From NCBI RefSeq assembly GCF_016433145.1, contig NC_058130.1, positions 649,109,001 to 649,173,000 on the forward strand: a DNA stretch of 64,000 nucleotides, in the 5' to 3' direction. Position 1 is the first letter of the stretch. Every line of letters starts with the position of its first letter. The translations under genes were made by a program, and so were the position numbers. A model generated the notes under the pieces. That model was not told the DNA's origin. It saw nothing but the letters and a program-made list of their open reading frames with translations, and did no database searches. This stretch comes from Gracilinanus agilis. Lineage: Eukaryota. Shown here piece by piece: positions 51,472 through 63,371 of the stretch.

Positions 51472-51639
51472 GAGAATAAGGAGAAGAAGAAAGAAAAGGA
51501 AAAGATGATGAAAAGATGATAAAAAAGAAGGTAATGAAAAAGAAGATGATGATGATGATGACAAAACAGGTTATGAATTGCCGGCAGCAGGTTAATACAA
51601 TGAATTTAGAAATTTAGAAATGAATTTAGAAATGAATGT

Positions 51640-53830
51640 TATCTATAATACATGTTATAGAAATTCAGGGAATGAACAAGTTTCTGAGGGCTGGTGTGAT
51701 CATAGAAGAGAACTTTAAGTGAAAGATAAGAGAAAGAAAACAGTGTAAAAGACAGAACATGAGGGCAATGCAACATTTAGAGGGTGGAAAGAGGGAAAGG
51801 CATCAATGAGGAACAGTTTAAGATGCAGAATGCCAAAGGGAATATCAACTAGGGTAATATCATAGATGAGAAGAGAAAAGAAAGTTTTCAAGAGAAAGGC
51901 ATATTTAATAGTATCAAAATCCTCAAAGAAATCAAGGTTAATTGAATACTAAGAAAATATCACTGGATTTTGTTATTTAGGAGATCCAATTTGCTGCAGA
52001 CATCTTGATGATTATGAGCATATTGAAATATGTTATGGGGAGAGTAGGTAATTAAGATCTGGAAGCAATAGGCATGTAACATTACTTCCAGAAGTGTGGG
52101 AGAGAAAGATAGAAGACAAATAGGAAGGAGCCCAATGAAATCCCAGGGTCCAGGTAAATAGTCTTTCTTGTTACTGTTTTGTTTCCAAGCTAAGGGGAAA
52201 CACTATCCACGCTTGAAACCAGGAAAGAAGGAACCAATGAAGAGGAAAAGATTAAAAATGTTAGAGAAAGGGAAGAATAATTCTAAAGGAAAAGTCCCAG
52301 AGGGACAGATGGGATCAAGCACACAGATGGGAGGATTAGCCTTAGACAAGAGAAAAAACAGACAATTCGTCTGCTGAAACAGAAAGGTTGACTTAGATGC
52401 AATCATTTCCAACATTATATTTCTGTAATTCTATATGATATAAAGGGAAATATTAAAGATGCTGAAGTCTGGGGTCTGATAACTGTGTGTATAAGATCTT
52501 TAAAGAGGGCATGAGATCAGGTACAAAACTGAAAGGAAAAACCTTAGCTATGAAAATAGTCACATTTTCCTCAAAAGCAGAGGGTGAAACAAAGTCCATT
52601 TCCACTCCCAGATTATGTCTGCTATAACGAGAAAAGGAGATGGAGAATTTTTGTGACAGATGGTTATATCTTTCAAGAACAATGTGAGATGAATAATCTG
52701 CCTCAGACAAGTAAACATAATTGTTAGAGGAATGGAGTGGGTGGTAGAAATGGCCACAGAGTGATAGTGAAAGTGAAGATTTTCAAAGGCTTTCATAAAA
52801 AGAGTTCTAGAAATAAAAGAGCATTGTTAAATAGTGAGGACCAGGACATACTAGCATGGTATCTTAAAAGGCAGTTAATAGTTAATAAATGCTTGTTAAA
52901 TGAACTGAATTATAAGATCATACATCTGGAGTTGGAAAGGATCTCAAAAACCATCCAGGTCAACCATAGATGAAGAAACTGAGGCACAGTGAGGTTAAGT
53001 GGGCTTGACCAAGGTAACATTAAAAAGTAAGCACCAGAGGATTTTGAATTCATATCCTGGGACTCCATAGACAAAGCTCTTTTTACTGTACCATTTGACT
53101 GACTAAGGTGATGTAAACTGAGTGATGGTGAGCTGATCTAATGATCCTGTTCTGAGACCAGCCTAATCTTACGAGTATACCTTCTTTTGAATGTTACCAT
53201 TGGCATTCAACTGAATTGGAATGATCTGGATTCATCTGAAATGAAGTGAATCTGTAGCCAGATCAGCTGGATCCATGGCTCTTTGTAAAAGTACTTTTTT
53301 GGCAGCAACTGGTTAGCTCGGTGGATTGAGAGTCAGGCCTAGAGACTGGAGGTCCTAGGTTCAAATCTGGCCTCAGACACTTCCCAGCTGTGTGACCCTG
53401 GGCAAGTCACTTGACCTCCATTGCCCACCCTTACCACTCTTCCACCTAGGAGCCAATACACAGAAGTTAGGGGCTTAAAAAAAATAAAAGCACTTTTTTA
53501 AAGTTTGGGATTAAGAAAGTGGTTAAAGGTTAGAGATTGGTATGATAAAAGAGTAGTTATATGAAAGGTAAAGGAGGTTTAAAAGATTATTGAGGTCATA
53601 ATTGTAGCAACTGATCAAGGAATCAAGTTTAACAAAAGGGGCTAATGAATATTATCATCATCAATGACAAGAGTGGATCCATTCCACTTCCATGGTAAAA
53701 GCATATACGTAATTCACTGGATCTCAGGGAGAAGTAAAAGTAGAAAAAAGATTGATATTGGAGATTGAGTATTGAGGTCAAAAGTAGAAGGAATATCACT
53801 ATATTATTATCTAGGCCCACCATTATTATT
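51640..53830 (-). mobile_element. Long fragmented L2 (3' region through endonuclease region), with nested MIR and SINE
   Basis: Reverse-L2 motifs throughout. ~53640-53730 corresponds to the degenerate EN region. Accounts for the ORFs at 52168-52973. Confidence 0.65.
53301..53484 (+). mobile_element. Full-length SINE1_Mdo-type SINE with a 15-bp TSD
   Basis: ggcagcaactggttagctcggtggattgagagtcaggcctagagactggaggtcctaggttcaaatctggcctcagacacttcccagc ... agccaatacacagaagttaggggcttaaaaaaaa. TSD taaaag[t/c]actttttt at 53286-53300 and 53485-53499. Confidence 0.93.
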
Positions 53831-55559
53831 TTTATTTTTTACTAATAGTAATGATAATAAAGTTAACAATAATGACTATCATCTATATAGAGGTGTAAGT
53901 TTCACAAAGATCTTGATATAGATTATCTGATTTGATCTAAAAATATGGAGATTGCTTGTTGGATTACCTATGGAATGGACGAAATCTGATATTTTGCTGA
54001 AACAATGAAATAAAACAATACGAAAAACATTCCTGTGACATTTGCCTCCAAATTTGTATTTGGTAAAGCACAACTAAATTAGTTAGGGTCGTAAAATGCA
54101 ATATACCTGATTTACTTTGTCTTCTCTAGCTGGCGAACATCCGAAAACATATACTCCAAAGCTCACTGTCCTAAATAAACCCCAATAATCAGACGTATTT
54201 AAAATTAAAATTCTTCATCCCATCTAAAGTATTCTAATTGAACTAGACTTGAGAAGATTTGTTCTGGAGCATCAGCATGGTAGAGTAAAAGACCCATTGA
54301 GAATTTGGATATTTGGATGATAGTCCCAACTGTGTTATTAATTAGGTATAGGGCAAGTCACTTGCTCACTCTGGGCATCAGTTTTCATGTCCATAAAGTA
54401 GGGATGACAAGCACAGCATGATATAACCTATCTCTCAGTCAGGAAAACAAAAGTTCAAGTTCCAGATATTGTACGTACTGGCTGTTAGCCTAAACAAGTC
54501 ACTTAGCCCTTCTGTTCTCCAAGCAATTATTTAAGAATAGAAGAGTTGATTTGCATTGGTAGACGAAGTTTCCTCACTGGGAGTTCCTGTACCAATGAAA
54601 CCCCAAGTACCAACCAAAAACATTTTTAAAATATGGGCATAAATGATATCTACTTAGCATGCCTGTTGCTCTAATGAGTATCAAGAGAAAGAGCAAATAT
54701 GAATGTATTTTGTAAAGTTAAATAGATACAACATTATTTATTAATGTGGTTATTATCCCAGTTATCACACTAAACAAGAACAGCTCCATTAAACAAGATT
54801 TTAAAAGCTACCTCCTCAGAGAAATACTTTCAACATTAAGCATCCCCCCAAACTGGCAGATAGTTGTCAAAGTTGTTATTTCCGAGGACAGGAGGGAATG
54901 CATTGCCCCACTGGGGTCAGACAAGGCTAAAACTAATGCACAAAGCAACCATACTCTGGTGTAATGAATGTGACAGAACTTTGACAGATAGCAAATTAAA
55001 GATATTATTCACTTCTCTTCCAATTATAATCCTTGACTTGGGACTCTACAAATCCAGATTTTATCATCAGCTTTATTTTTCTGGATCTTTTTTTGTCTGT
55101 TTCAACTTAACAATAAGTCCAGGAGGGGATAGCGTAACATAAAAATGATTTCGGTCTGCCAAAGCAAATCTCTGTCCAACAGAGTGGGTTTGTAGTTATT
55201 CAGAAACATTTAAAAGATAATTGTAAATATATTTGATATAAAGTAAATCCAAACAAGAAAATTGTAGACAAATACTGTGACTCCTCCATACATCTAAAAA
55301 CATTTCCCTGACCCAAAGACAGTAAATATTCCTGCCTCACTGACCCTGGCATGTATTCCTAGATACCAGATAAAAGAAAGTGGGAACACGTTTAAAATGG
55401 TATAGGGCAACTCCAAGGGACTCATAACAAAAAAGTATATCCACTATCTTATATATCAATATATGAACAATCTATATCATATTCCCTACCTTCTTGGGGA
55501 GGGGGAAGAGATGTGAGGATAAAGCATCAAGGCTGCTAAAGAGAAAAGAACCAAGGTGG

Positions 55560-56050
55560 CTATTACCACCCTCCACTGCAGCTCTGGTTCTTCATTGGGA
55601 TTGTTGGTGGACAGAGATTATGAACTGAAATGGCCAAATATTATCTGAGACCATTGGAGGCCTTCAGCACATAGTTCTTCAGAGCAGCAGAGTCATTGTC
55701 CATCATAGCCCTGGATCTTCATTCTTTATCTCTTTCTCTCCCTCTTCCCATCTTCTGGAAATCAAGGAAACTCATATTTTCTGTCAGGCTCCTTCCTCCT
55801 TGATTCCCTCTTCTGTGCTGCCTGCTTACTACTCTTGTCTTCTGACCTGCTGGAACAGGAGGAGGTATTGACATGCTCCCCGATCCCCACTGCCACATCT
55901 AGAATCTTCTGCCATCATTCAGAATCCTTTCATCCTATGAGCTTCTCTTATCATTCAAATCAGATCTTTATTGCTTTGTCATCTAATGATTTCCAGGTCA
56001 AATCTTCTCCTTTAAGAAATGTAATAGATCGTTCAGTGTCTTCCCTCCAC
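55560..56050 (+). mobile_element. L2 endonuclease-region fragment
   Basis: ctgacctgctggaacaggaggaggtattgacatgctccccgatccccactgccac corresponds to a degenerate L2 'GRGGGVGILL..HCH' motif. Confidence 0.6.
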
Positions 56051-57239
56051 TCCCTGATACTGGCATCACTTCATGCCAAGTTTATTTAAGTAGGGTATTG
56101 GGAAAGGGTTATATGGCACCTACTATATTCCAGGCACTAATTTATACACTTTCCAAGTATTATCTCACTTGATTTAAAGTGGGAGGGGCAAGGGGAAAAG
56201 AAATAAGCATTTATATTGCACTTACTAAACGTCAGGCACTGCTAAATGCTTTATAAATATTATCTCATTTCATATTCACAACAGCATTGTGAAGTAGGAA
56301 CCGTTATTATCCCATTTTAGAGCTGTCAAAGTTGAGGCAAACAGATTAAGGGAATGGGCCCAGGGCATAAGTATCTAAGGCTTTTGAACTTAAGTCTTCC
56401 CAGACTCCAAGCCTACTGTGCCACCTAAATGCCTAATAGCCTGCCCCAAGTCACTCTCTATCCTAATTATCCTCTATTCAGATGTCAAATAAATATTCCT
56501 AAAGTGTAGATCTGACCACGTCTCCCCTCTGCATGCATTTAATAAATGCCAGTGGCCCCCTATCATATTTAGGATAAAATAACACTTAAAATACATTGTT
56601 TCAATTGAATAACAAGGTTAAAATATAATTATAATACACATATAATATAATTCACTAATATTGTTATTCTTGTTTGACAGAAGAGAAAACAAAAAGAGAG
56701 ATATTAAGTGAGTTGTCCAGGGCTTACATGCCATAGAGGTAGGATTTGAAGCCAGGTTTTCCTGATTTTTGATGGAAAACTATCCATTGTATTACCTTCT
56801 TTATTCTCAGCCCTGTGTTACTCCTTTCTCTTTGCACAGGGATGGTGGTAGAGAGGCAGAAAAGAGGACAGAGGGGTCCAAACAGTTACCTTTTTAAAGA
56901 CTAACCCCATACAAAATATACCACTGACAAGGAAACATTATTGAAGTTCAAAAAGAAGGCCCAATTGTTTCAGGCTTGTTTAACCAGGGAAAGTTTGGGG
57001 GCTTAAGTGGGATTAGGCTTTGAAAGATGGGTAGAAATTTAAGAACAGACTTGAAAGGGAATTCCAGGAATATTCAAAGAACACAATCTAAGTTTATAGC
57101 ACCAGTTTTAGAGATAGACAGGACCTTAGAGGACATAGCATCACAAATGTAGGTCTGGAAGAAACCTTAGAAATCTCCTAGTCTAGATCCCCTTATTTCA
57201 TTCATTAGCTAACCAAAGTCTGGAGGGATTGATGGGCAG

Positions 57240-57470
57240 CAGGATCCACTGTGGATAGAGTGAAAAAAACCTACAGTCAGGAAGTTTTAATCCATCTTCA
57301 TATACTTTCTGGCTATGTGCCCCTGGAAGAGTCACTTAACCTTTGCCTCAGTTTCCTCAATTGTAAAATGGAGATAAAAGCACCTAACTTCCAAAGTTGT
57401 TGTAAAAATGAAATGAGATAATATCGATAAAGTATCTAACTCTATGTATCACATATGACTAATAAAGGCA
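57240..57470 (+). mobile_element. MIR SINE
   Basis: gtggatagag ... gtcacttaacctttgcctcagtttcctcaattgtaaaatggagata. Confidence 0.75.
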
Positions 57471-58077
57471 TGTGCTCTTTCCCCTTACCTGAGCTGATAC
57501 AGATAGTCAATAGTAAGGAAGGCAGAATTTGAATCCAGGTCTGGATTTGTGGGACTTGAGACTCATGACCTGGGTGAAAAACCAGTATTAAATTATACTA
57601 CAGAGAGAAGAAAAGATAAGGTTTGGGAAAGATATAGAGTAGATCATCTTAGTTTTTGAAGCCCCCACTGCTAATTTTATCTGGAAGAATTGTTGCATCT
57701 ATTAAAAATTACCCCACCTATCTGGTGCAAATGATCACTGGCAGCCTTGTAGTTCAAACAAAGAATCCATTTAATTAAAATACATTCATATATCTTCTAG
57801 TGAAAAGCAGTCCCAAGATACTATAAAAGATGTTCAGGAAGACTTTTTTAAATGATTAAAAACAACAATAATATTTAAGCAAGGAAGTTCCCTGGGGTCT
57901 CAGGAACTCCCTGACAATAGTATTAAGATGTGTTTTAATATTTTTCTTGTCCCAAAGGCCCACCGCTAAGACCTAGATTAATTTACTTGGGAGGGGGATT
58001 AATTCCACCTTTCTCATGTCTGTATCACTGCTTCCTCACACACAACCATCCTAATTAATGTTATGATGTTATGAGAA

Positions 58078-58104
58078 TGTGTGTGTGTGTGTGTGTGTGT
58101 GTGT
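58078..58104. repeat. (TG)13 microsatellite
   Basis: Read directly from the sequence. Confidence 0.95.
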
Positions 58105-58544
58105 CTGTGTGCTTGAAAGGAAGGTAGTGATTCACTTCCTCAGTTCTACCAGTATTCCATCCCCAAACAATGCCTAATAAATATGTATTGATTGATTGAC
58201 TGATTCAACAGATTATGATGCAAGAAGTATTATACTTGGGTCAAACACAAGGTGTGTCCTTTTCAGCTCAATATTTTCTTTGATAGCAGAAATTAGGGAA
58301 GAACATATTCCCCAAACAACCAAAATTTCTAGCTTTCCTTACCATTTTATGAATCTGGTTTGATGAATGCAAAGGTGCGAATTTAGGTCCCTAAAAAAGT
58401 GGACTAATTTCTTAGGACTGTCTCTCTACTACCCTGGCCCCAAGGTAGTTTTTCTAATAATAAAGATGCATTTGATAAGATATCCACAATGTCACATAAC
58501 CTTCATTTTGGCCCTGAAATTAAGCCAATACTAATGTTCTAAAT

Positions 58545-58887
58545 CAGAGACAGCAAACCTCTGACACTGCTGACACTCATAGCCATTTTCAATGACACAC
58601 GACCTCATACGGCCCCCTACAGAGAAGTATGGGGCTGTATACTGAGGATGAAACATTTGCTGTCGTGTGGTGTAGACATTCTGTGCTCTATAGATGATAA
58701 TTCTACCTCTATTAATTTACTTATTTTTTAATTAAATATAGTTATATATTACAATTATACATTTTTGTTATTTAAACTATAAATATCATGAAGTTATGAT
58801 TTTTTTTTCTCAGTGACACACCACCTGAGTTATACTCAGTTTTTGGTGAATTTTGACATACCAAGCTCAAAAGGTTGCCCATCACTG
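58545..58887. mobile_element. OposCharlie/OC1-type hAT MITE (343 bp)
   Basis: TIRs CAGAGACAGCAAACCT and (reverse complement) CAGTGATGGGCAACCT, 11/16 matching. Perfect 8-bp TSD ttctaaat at 58537-58544 and 58888-58895. Confidence 0.88.
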
Positions 58888-58905
58888 TTCTAAATTCTGA
58901 CTTTA

Positions 58906-59118
58906 GAGCAGCTGGGGGGCTCATTGAACTGAGAACCAGGCCTTAGAAGATGGGAAGTACTGGGATCAAATCTAGATTCAGACACTTCCTAGCCATAATG
59001 ACCCTGAGTTACTTAACACTGATTACTTAACTCCCACTAACTGGCACTTAACACACTCTCCTGTCTTGCAACCAATATACAATATTAATTCTAAGACAGA
59101 AGGTGAGGGTTTTTAAAA
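58906..59118 (+). mobile_element. Older didelphid tRNA-SINE (SINE1/SINE2_MD-like)
   Basis: gcagctggggggctcattgaactgagaaccaggcc ... caaccaatatacaatattaattctaagacagaaggtgagggtttttaaaaa. Confidence 0.8.
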
Positions 59119-59239
59119 AGTCTTTTACTGTAGTAGAAGAGGGACCTACAATGGGTAAGTAGAGTCTAAAGTCATTGGTAGCTCTAAGAGTTTATTAATG
59201 GATTGATATTAGATGTAACAGATAATGAAAATACTATGA

Positions 59240-59527
59240 CAGTGATGGTGAACCTTTTAGAGATGGAGTGCTGGGACCTGTCCCTACCCCACCTCCAGAC
59301 TGAGTGTCATGCCCCGCAATGGGCTGCTGGGCAGAGGGGCGGGTAAAGTGAGGAATGTCCTCAGGCAAGGGATGTGAAAAAATGGTGTCAGGCACAGTGG
59401 AGAAGGTAAGGGGAGTAGTTTTGCCCAAGTGCCATTGCCTTTCTAGCAAGGAACTTGGGGTTGGGGTTGGGGAAAGTGCTCTCTGTGTGCCATCTTTGGC
59501 ACCTGTGCCATAGGCTCACCATCACTA
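59240..59527. mobile_element. OC1 (OposCharlie1)-type non-autonomous hAT MITE (288 bp)
   Basis: TIRs CAGTGATGGTGAACCT and (reverse complement) TAGTGATGGTGAGCCT, 14/16 matching. Subterminal atggcacaggtgcca. Perfect 8-bp TSD tactatga at 59232-59239 and 59528-59535. Confidence 0.9.
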
Positions 59528-60878
59528 TACTATGATTTCCATATAATCCTTAACCTAGAGTCCAGAGCAAATAAATGATTAATGGAACTTGGAAATGATA
59601 AGACATCTAGTGGATTGATTGCTGAATTTGGAATCAGAGAATTGGCCATCTGTGAAAGTAAATAACTTCTTTGGGTCTCAATTTTCTAATCTTTAAAATG
59701 AAGGAGTTGGATTCTGTGACTTCCAAGAGATTCTAGCTTTAAATATATGATCCTATAGTTTTCAAACTCTTGAGATGACCCTCTGCCACTCCCCTCTCTT
59801 CAGTTTCCCCTTTATGCTTTCTCATTTTCATTGTCTTAGCTCCCAAATAGAAGAGAAACATCTTCCATGAATTATATGTATTCATTTTAGTGGTTTTGAC
59901 TTTGTATTGCTATCTAAACAGGATATCATGAAATGTGAAAGAAGCTACTATTTTCACAATACCATAGAATTTTAATGATGTAAGAAATCTCATTTTATGA
60001 AAAATCTGAAGTCCAGAGAAGGTTATTGATTTATCTACAGTTACATAGCTCATAGTTTTTTAGCTTTAGAATTAGAAGAGTTCTTTACAGGTCATCAATC
60101 CATTTCCCTCACTTTACAGATGAGGGAAAACACTTTTCCACTGTTATCTAGTGGCTGATTATGGAAGAGAAGAGATCTTTTGACTCCCAATGTATCATTT
60201 TGATATTTTGATATTGATTGTCATTTGGAGACTTGTTCAACCTTACCATTATGTCTCTATCAGAAGCTAGATTGGTGTGAGTGTGGGCAAGTATTTATGC
60301 TCCCTAAGTTTTGGCCCCGCTTGTAACCTTAGCTCTATTATCCTATGACCTTCTGAGAATAGTGGCCCTGACATTTGGGAATACCCATGGTGAATCCTGG
60401 AGGAGCCACTACACTATGTTAAATATTATATTCTAAAAAGACATTTCAGAAGTGAATGGAGAGGGAGATGATTACACTAGTTTCACTGGACTAGATTAAT
60501 TAGCATGTTTCTGAGGGTACATGTTAAGGGAAAGTTATCAGAGTCTAATCCTAGAAGAGTTAATTTCCAGAGGTAGAATGAGGGGCAGAGGAGGAGGTGA
60601 GGGATTAAGGGCTATCACTACAGAAAGCCTGCTTTTTATCACTAGTAAAAATATGGTGCCTAACTTGAGATAAGATTATAGGAGCCTCCTTGAATTATTA
60701 GATCACTACTAATTCCTTTTAGCCACTTAAGTTAAGTGTAGGAGTCATTTCCTCCAATTTTTAATCTTAATTCTACCCTCTTCCTCAGTGAGATCTTGCC
60801 AAGACTTTCTTTCCACATGCATTCATGAGAAACCAAGACAGAGTCTTTTAATAGTAATACTCCAAAATCAATATGGTC

Positions 60879-60880
<2 letters not shown>

Positions 60881-60915
<35 letters not shown>
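60881..60915. repeat. (TG)17 microsatellite
   Basis: Read directly from the sequence. Confidence 0.97.
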
Positions 60916-60917
<2 letters not shown>

Positions 60918-60999
60918 ACATATATCTGCAAACCTTAAAGTGCTGTGAAAACATTACTTATTATTACAAACCTCAAGCAATACAATAAAACAACATTAC

Positions 61000-61260
61000 C
61001 CTCATTATAGCTAGCATTTCTGAAACCGTTTAATATTTTTGATGTGCTTTACAGACATTATCTTATTTGTTCCTTGCAACAATCCTAGAAGGTATGTGCT
61101 ATTATTATCCCTATTTTACAGATGAAAAGACTGAGGTTAAGAGGTTAGGTGACTTGCCCAGGGCTATAGGGTCAATAAGTGTCTGAAGCAAAATTTGAAC
61201 TTCAGTATTCTCTGACTCTATATTCATAGCTCTATCCACTCTGTCATCTAACTGTCCAAT
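61000..61260 (-). mobile_element. MIR SINE
   Basis: attattatccctattttacagatgaaaagactgagg ... gacttgcccaggg ... tctatccactctgtcatcta. Confidence 0.82.
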
Positions 61261-61599
61261 CAAGCCATCTTTTTATTAGTGAATTAAATGTATGTATGTA
61301 ACTTTCATCTATAGAGGGCTGAATTTGGAGACAAGAGTAAAATCCCAAGTCTGACATTAGTCATGTAATCATTGGAAGTTGCTCAACTCCTCTAAACTGT
61401 AGTTTCCTCATCCTGTCAGATGAGAACAATGATACTTTAGGTATTTTATTAGAGCACTTTTTAAATTGAAGGACTTTAAAGTGGTGCATACATTAATCAT
61501 AACTATTATTTTTTTAATCTCTAGTTTCTGTGTTCCATCTCTGATTGCCAAAAAAAAAATTCACAGTGCCTGTATTTATTTTTGAAAGATGATGGATGC

Positions 61600-61990
61600 A
61601 TTTTAAAATGTTCGTTGATGTAAAGATGTCAGAACAAAAATGACAAATGTAAATTTCTCTCTAGTCATTTTTCCCCCCGAGGCTGTGCTAAAAATAATGA
61701 CAGTTCATATACTTTGAAAGGGCTCATATCTTTACTTCCCAGTGCCTCGTGCTGTGTCAGCTTTTAAGTGTTTGTCGGAATGAATTGAGGGAACATTCCA
61801 TACAAATTGGAAAATAGTGAAAAATAGGGATAACTTTTCTTTCTATGTATTCTCCAGCATCATGTTTTAATAGAATTCACCCGGTCACATAAGGTCATTA
61901 ACAGGAACATTATGAGATCCATTCTAATGGAAGAAAAAACACTGTTATAAAGGCTAAAATGAAGCCAGGATGTGGTTTCTTACTCATCAC
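61600..61990. promoter_or_regulatory. Candidate muscle/cardiac-type enhancer (MEF2, NKX2, TEAD, MEIS motifs)
   Basis: Repeat-free. CTAAAAATAA at 61688-61697, TGACAG at 61698-61703, TTAAGTG at 61764-61770, GGAATG at 61777-61782, ACATTCCA at 61793-61800. Motif evidence only. Confidence 0.35.
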
Positions 61991-63099
61991 TTTAAGGACA
62001 TACCTCTTAATCAGTATTTATATAGTATGCTTTTTTATAACTCATGTTTCCTCCTCATTCTTTAGTGAGGACTACTGCTCTTGGCTTTAATAACTAGAAG
62101 CCAAGAGCTAAAGCAAGGGCACTAATTGGAATAGCAAACCCACCAGACCCTGAATAGTTTCAGGCATAAAATCTTAGTTAGTGCTGGTCTTTGTAGATCT
62201 TATCTCAAAGGTGAAACATAACAAGCTTATGCTTTGGGAAGAGGTAGGCACAGCAACCAGGCAAACTTGGTAATGAGATCAAAGCTGAAACAGTGCAATT
62301 TAGTGGCTAGAGACAAAATTGGAACATAAGTATGTCTGCATAGCACAAAGGAAGCAGACATTTGACAGCTATCTAATTAATTTGATCAATGTAGAGAATT
62401 ATGAAAATTTAACCCCCAAACGGTCTGAATTACCCAGCTTGCCTGTGAGCATCTATCAAATTAAATGGCTCGTTTTCCAGTCTCCACTTTGTCCTGTATA
62501 GATACTTCCTTGAACTCATGTTTTATATTTAGCTCAGTATACTCATTTCAAATATTGATCAATTGTCTGGTCAAGCTGGCCACCATTATAGTCCATGCTC
62601 CGGACAAAACAAAACAGAACAAAACAACAACAAAAACATGATACAAATACTCAGTTGACATACAAAGGAGACAGAAATCATCAGACACTAATATAATGTC
62701 TCTGGGTGAGTGGGAGGCCAGTCTAGGGGATGAGGGTAGGTCATGCATCTGGTAGTTTCCTATTTTAATTAATTATCCCCATTAATCAGAACCCTATGCT
62801 CTATTGTTTCTACTCTAAAGAAGAATTGTTGTGTTATGAACACCTTCTAAATTTGGTCACTTGTTGGCAAAACTCAAGTTGTACCACTGTAGTTACAATT
62901 CTATAGCTAAGTATGGATGATTAAGGTGAATATTTTTAAAAAGTGAAATTCAGATAAGAAACAAAGCCCTTATTTTAACAGGTAATTAAAATTTCATATC
63001 CCACCAAATCATATACAAGATCTACTAATATATAGCAAAATTAATTATTGGAACATATAATGATTTTTTTCTTCCCTCAAGCCTATATCCATTCATTCA

Positions 63100-63330
63100 G
63101 TCCATCAATCGACTAATAAACATTATTTAAGAACTTACTTTGTGACAGGCACTGTGCTGAGCAATGAGGACACAAAAAAAGGTTAAAAAAAACAGTCTCT
63201 ATCTCTGAAGAGTTCACAGTCTAATGTGGGAGACAACATGCAAATAACTACATATAAATAAGCAATTTATGGGATAAATTGGAAATAATCAACAGAAGAA
63301 AAGCACTAGAAGAAAGATCAGGTAGTTTGA
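63100..63330 (-). mobile_element. L2 3' end fragment
   Basis: aataaacattatttaagaacttactttgtgacaggcactgtgctgagc ... gttcacagtctaatgtggggagac. Confidence 0.78.
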
Positions 63331-63371
63331 AGTGGCAATAAATTAGATTAAAAAGTACACAGGAAAAGGGA

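Noticed and set aside
51142-51564. ORFs spanning poly-X
   Set aside because: Artefacts of the 280-N gap.
53301-53400. tRNA-like A/B boxes in SINE heads as possible tRNA genes
   Set aside because: They continue into CORE or SINE tails with TSDs and lack a cloverleaf, so they are SINEs rather than tRNA genes.
59455-59472. (TTGGGG)3 resembling ciliate telomeric repeats
   Set aside because: Only three units, inside the MITE interior. It is not the vertebrate TTAGGG repeat and there is no sign of an interstitial telomere.
62077-62108. Perfect 11-bp hairpin gctcttggctt-(10 nt)-aagccaagagc
   Set aside because: Too short for a pre-miRNA. Roughly one such stem is expected by chance in 64 kb of AT-rich DNA (hand estimate).
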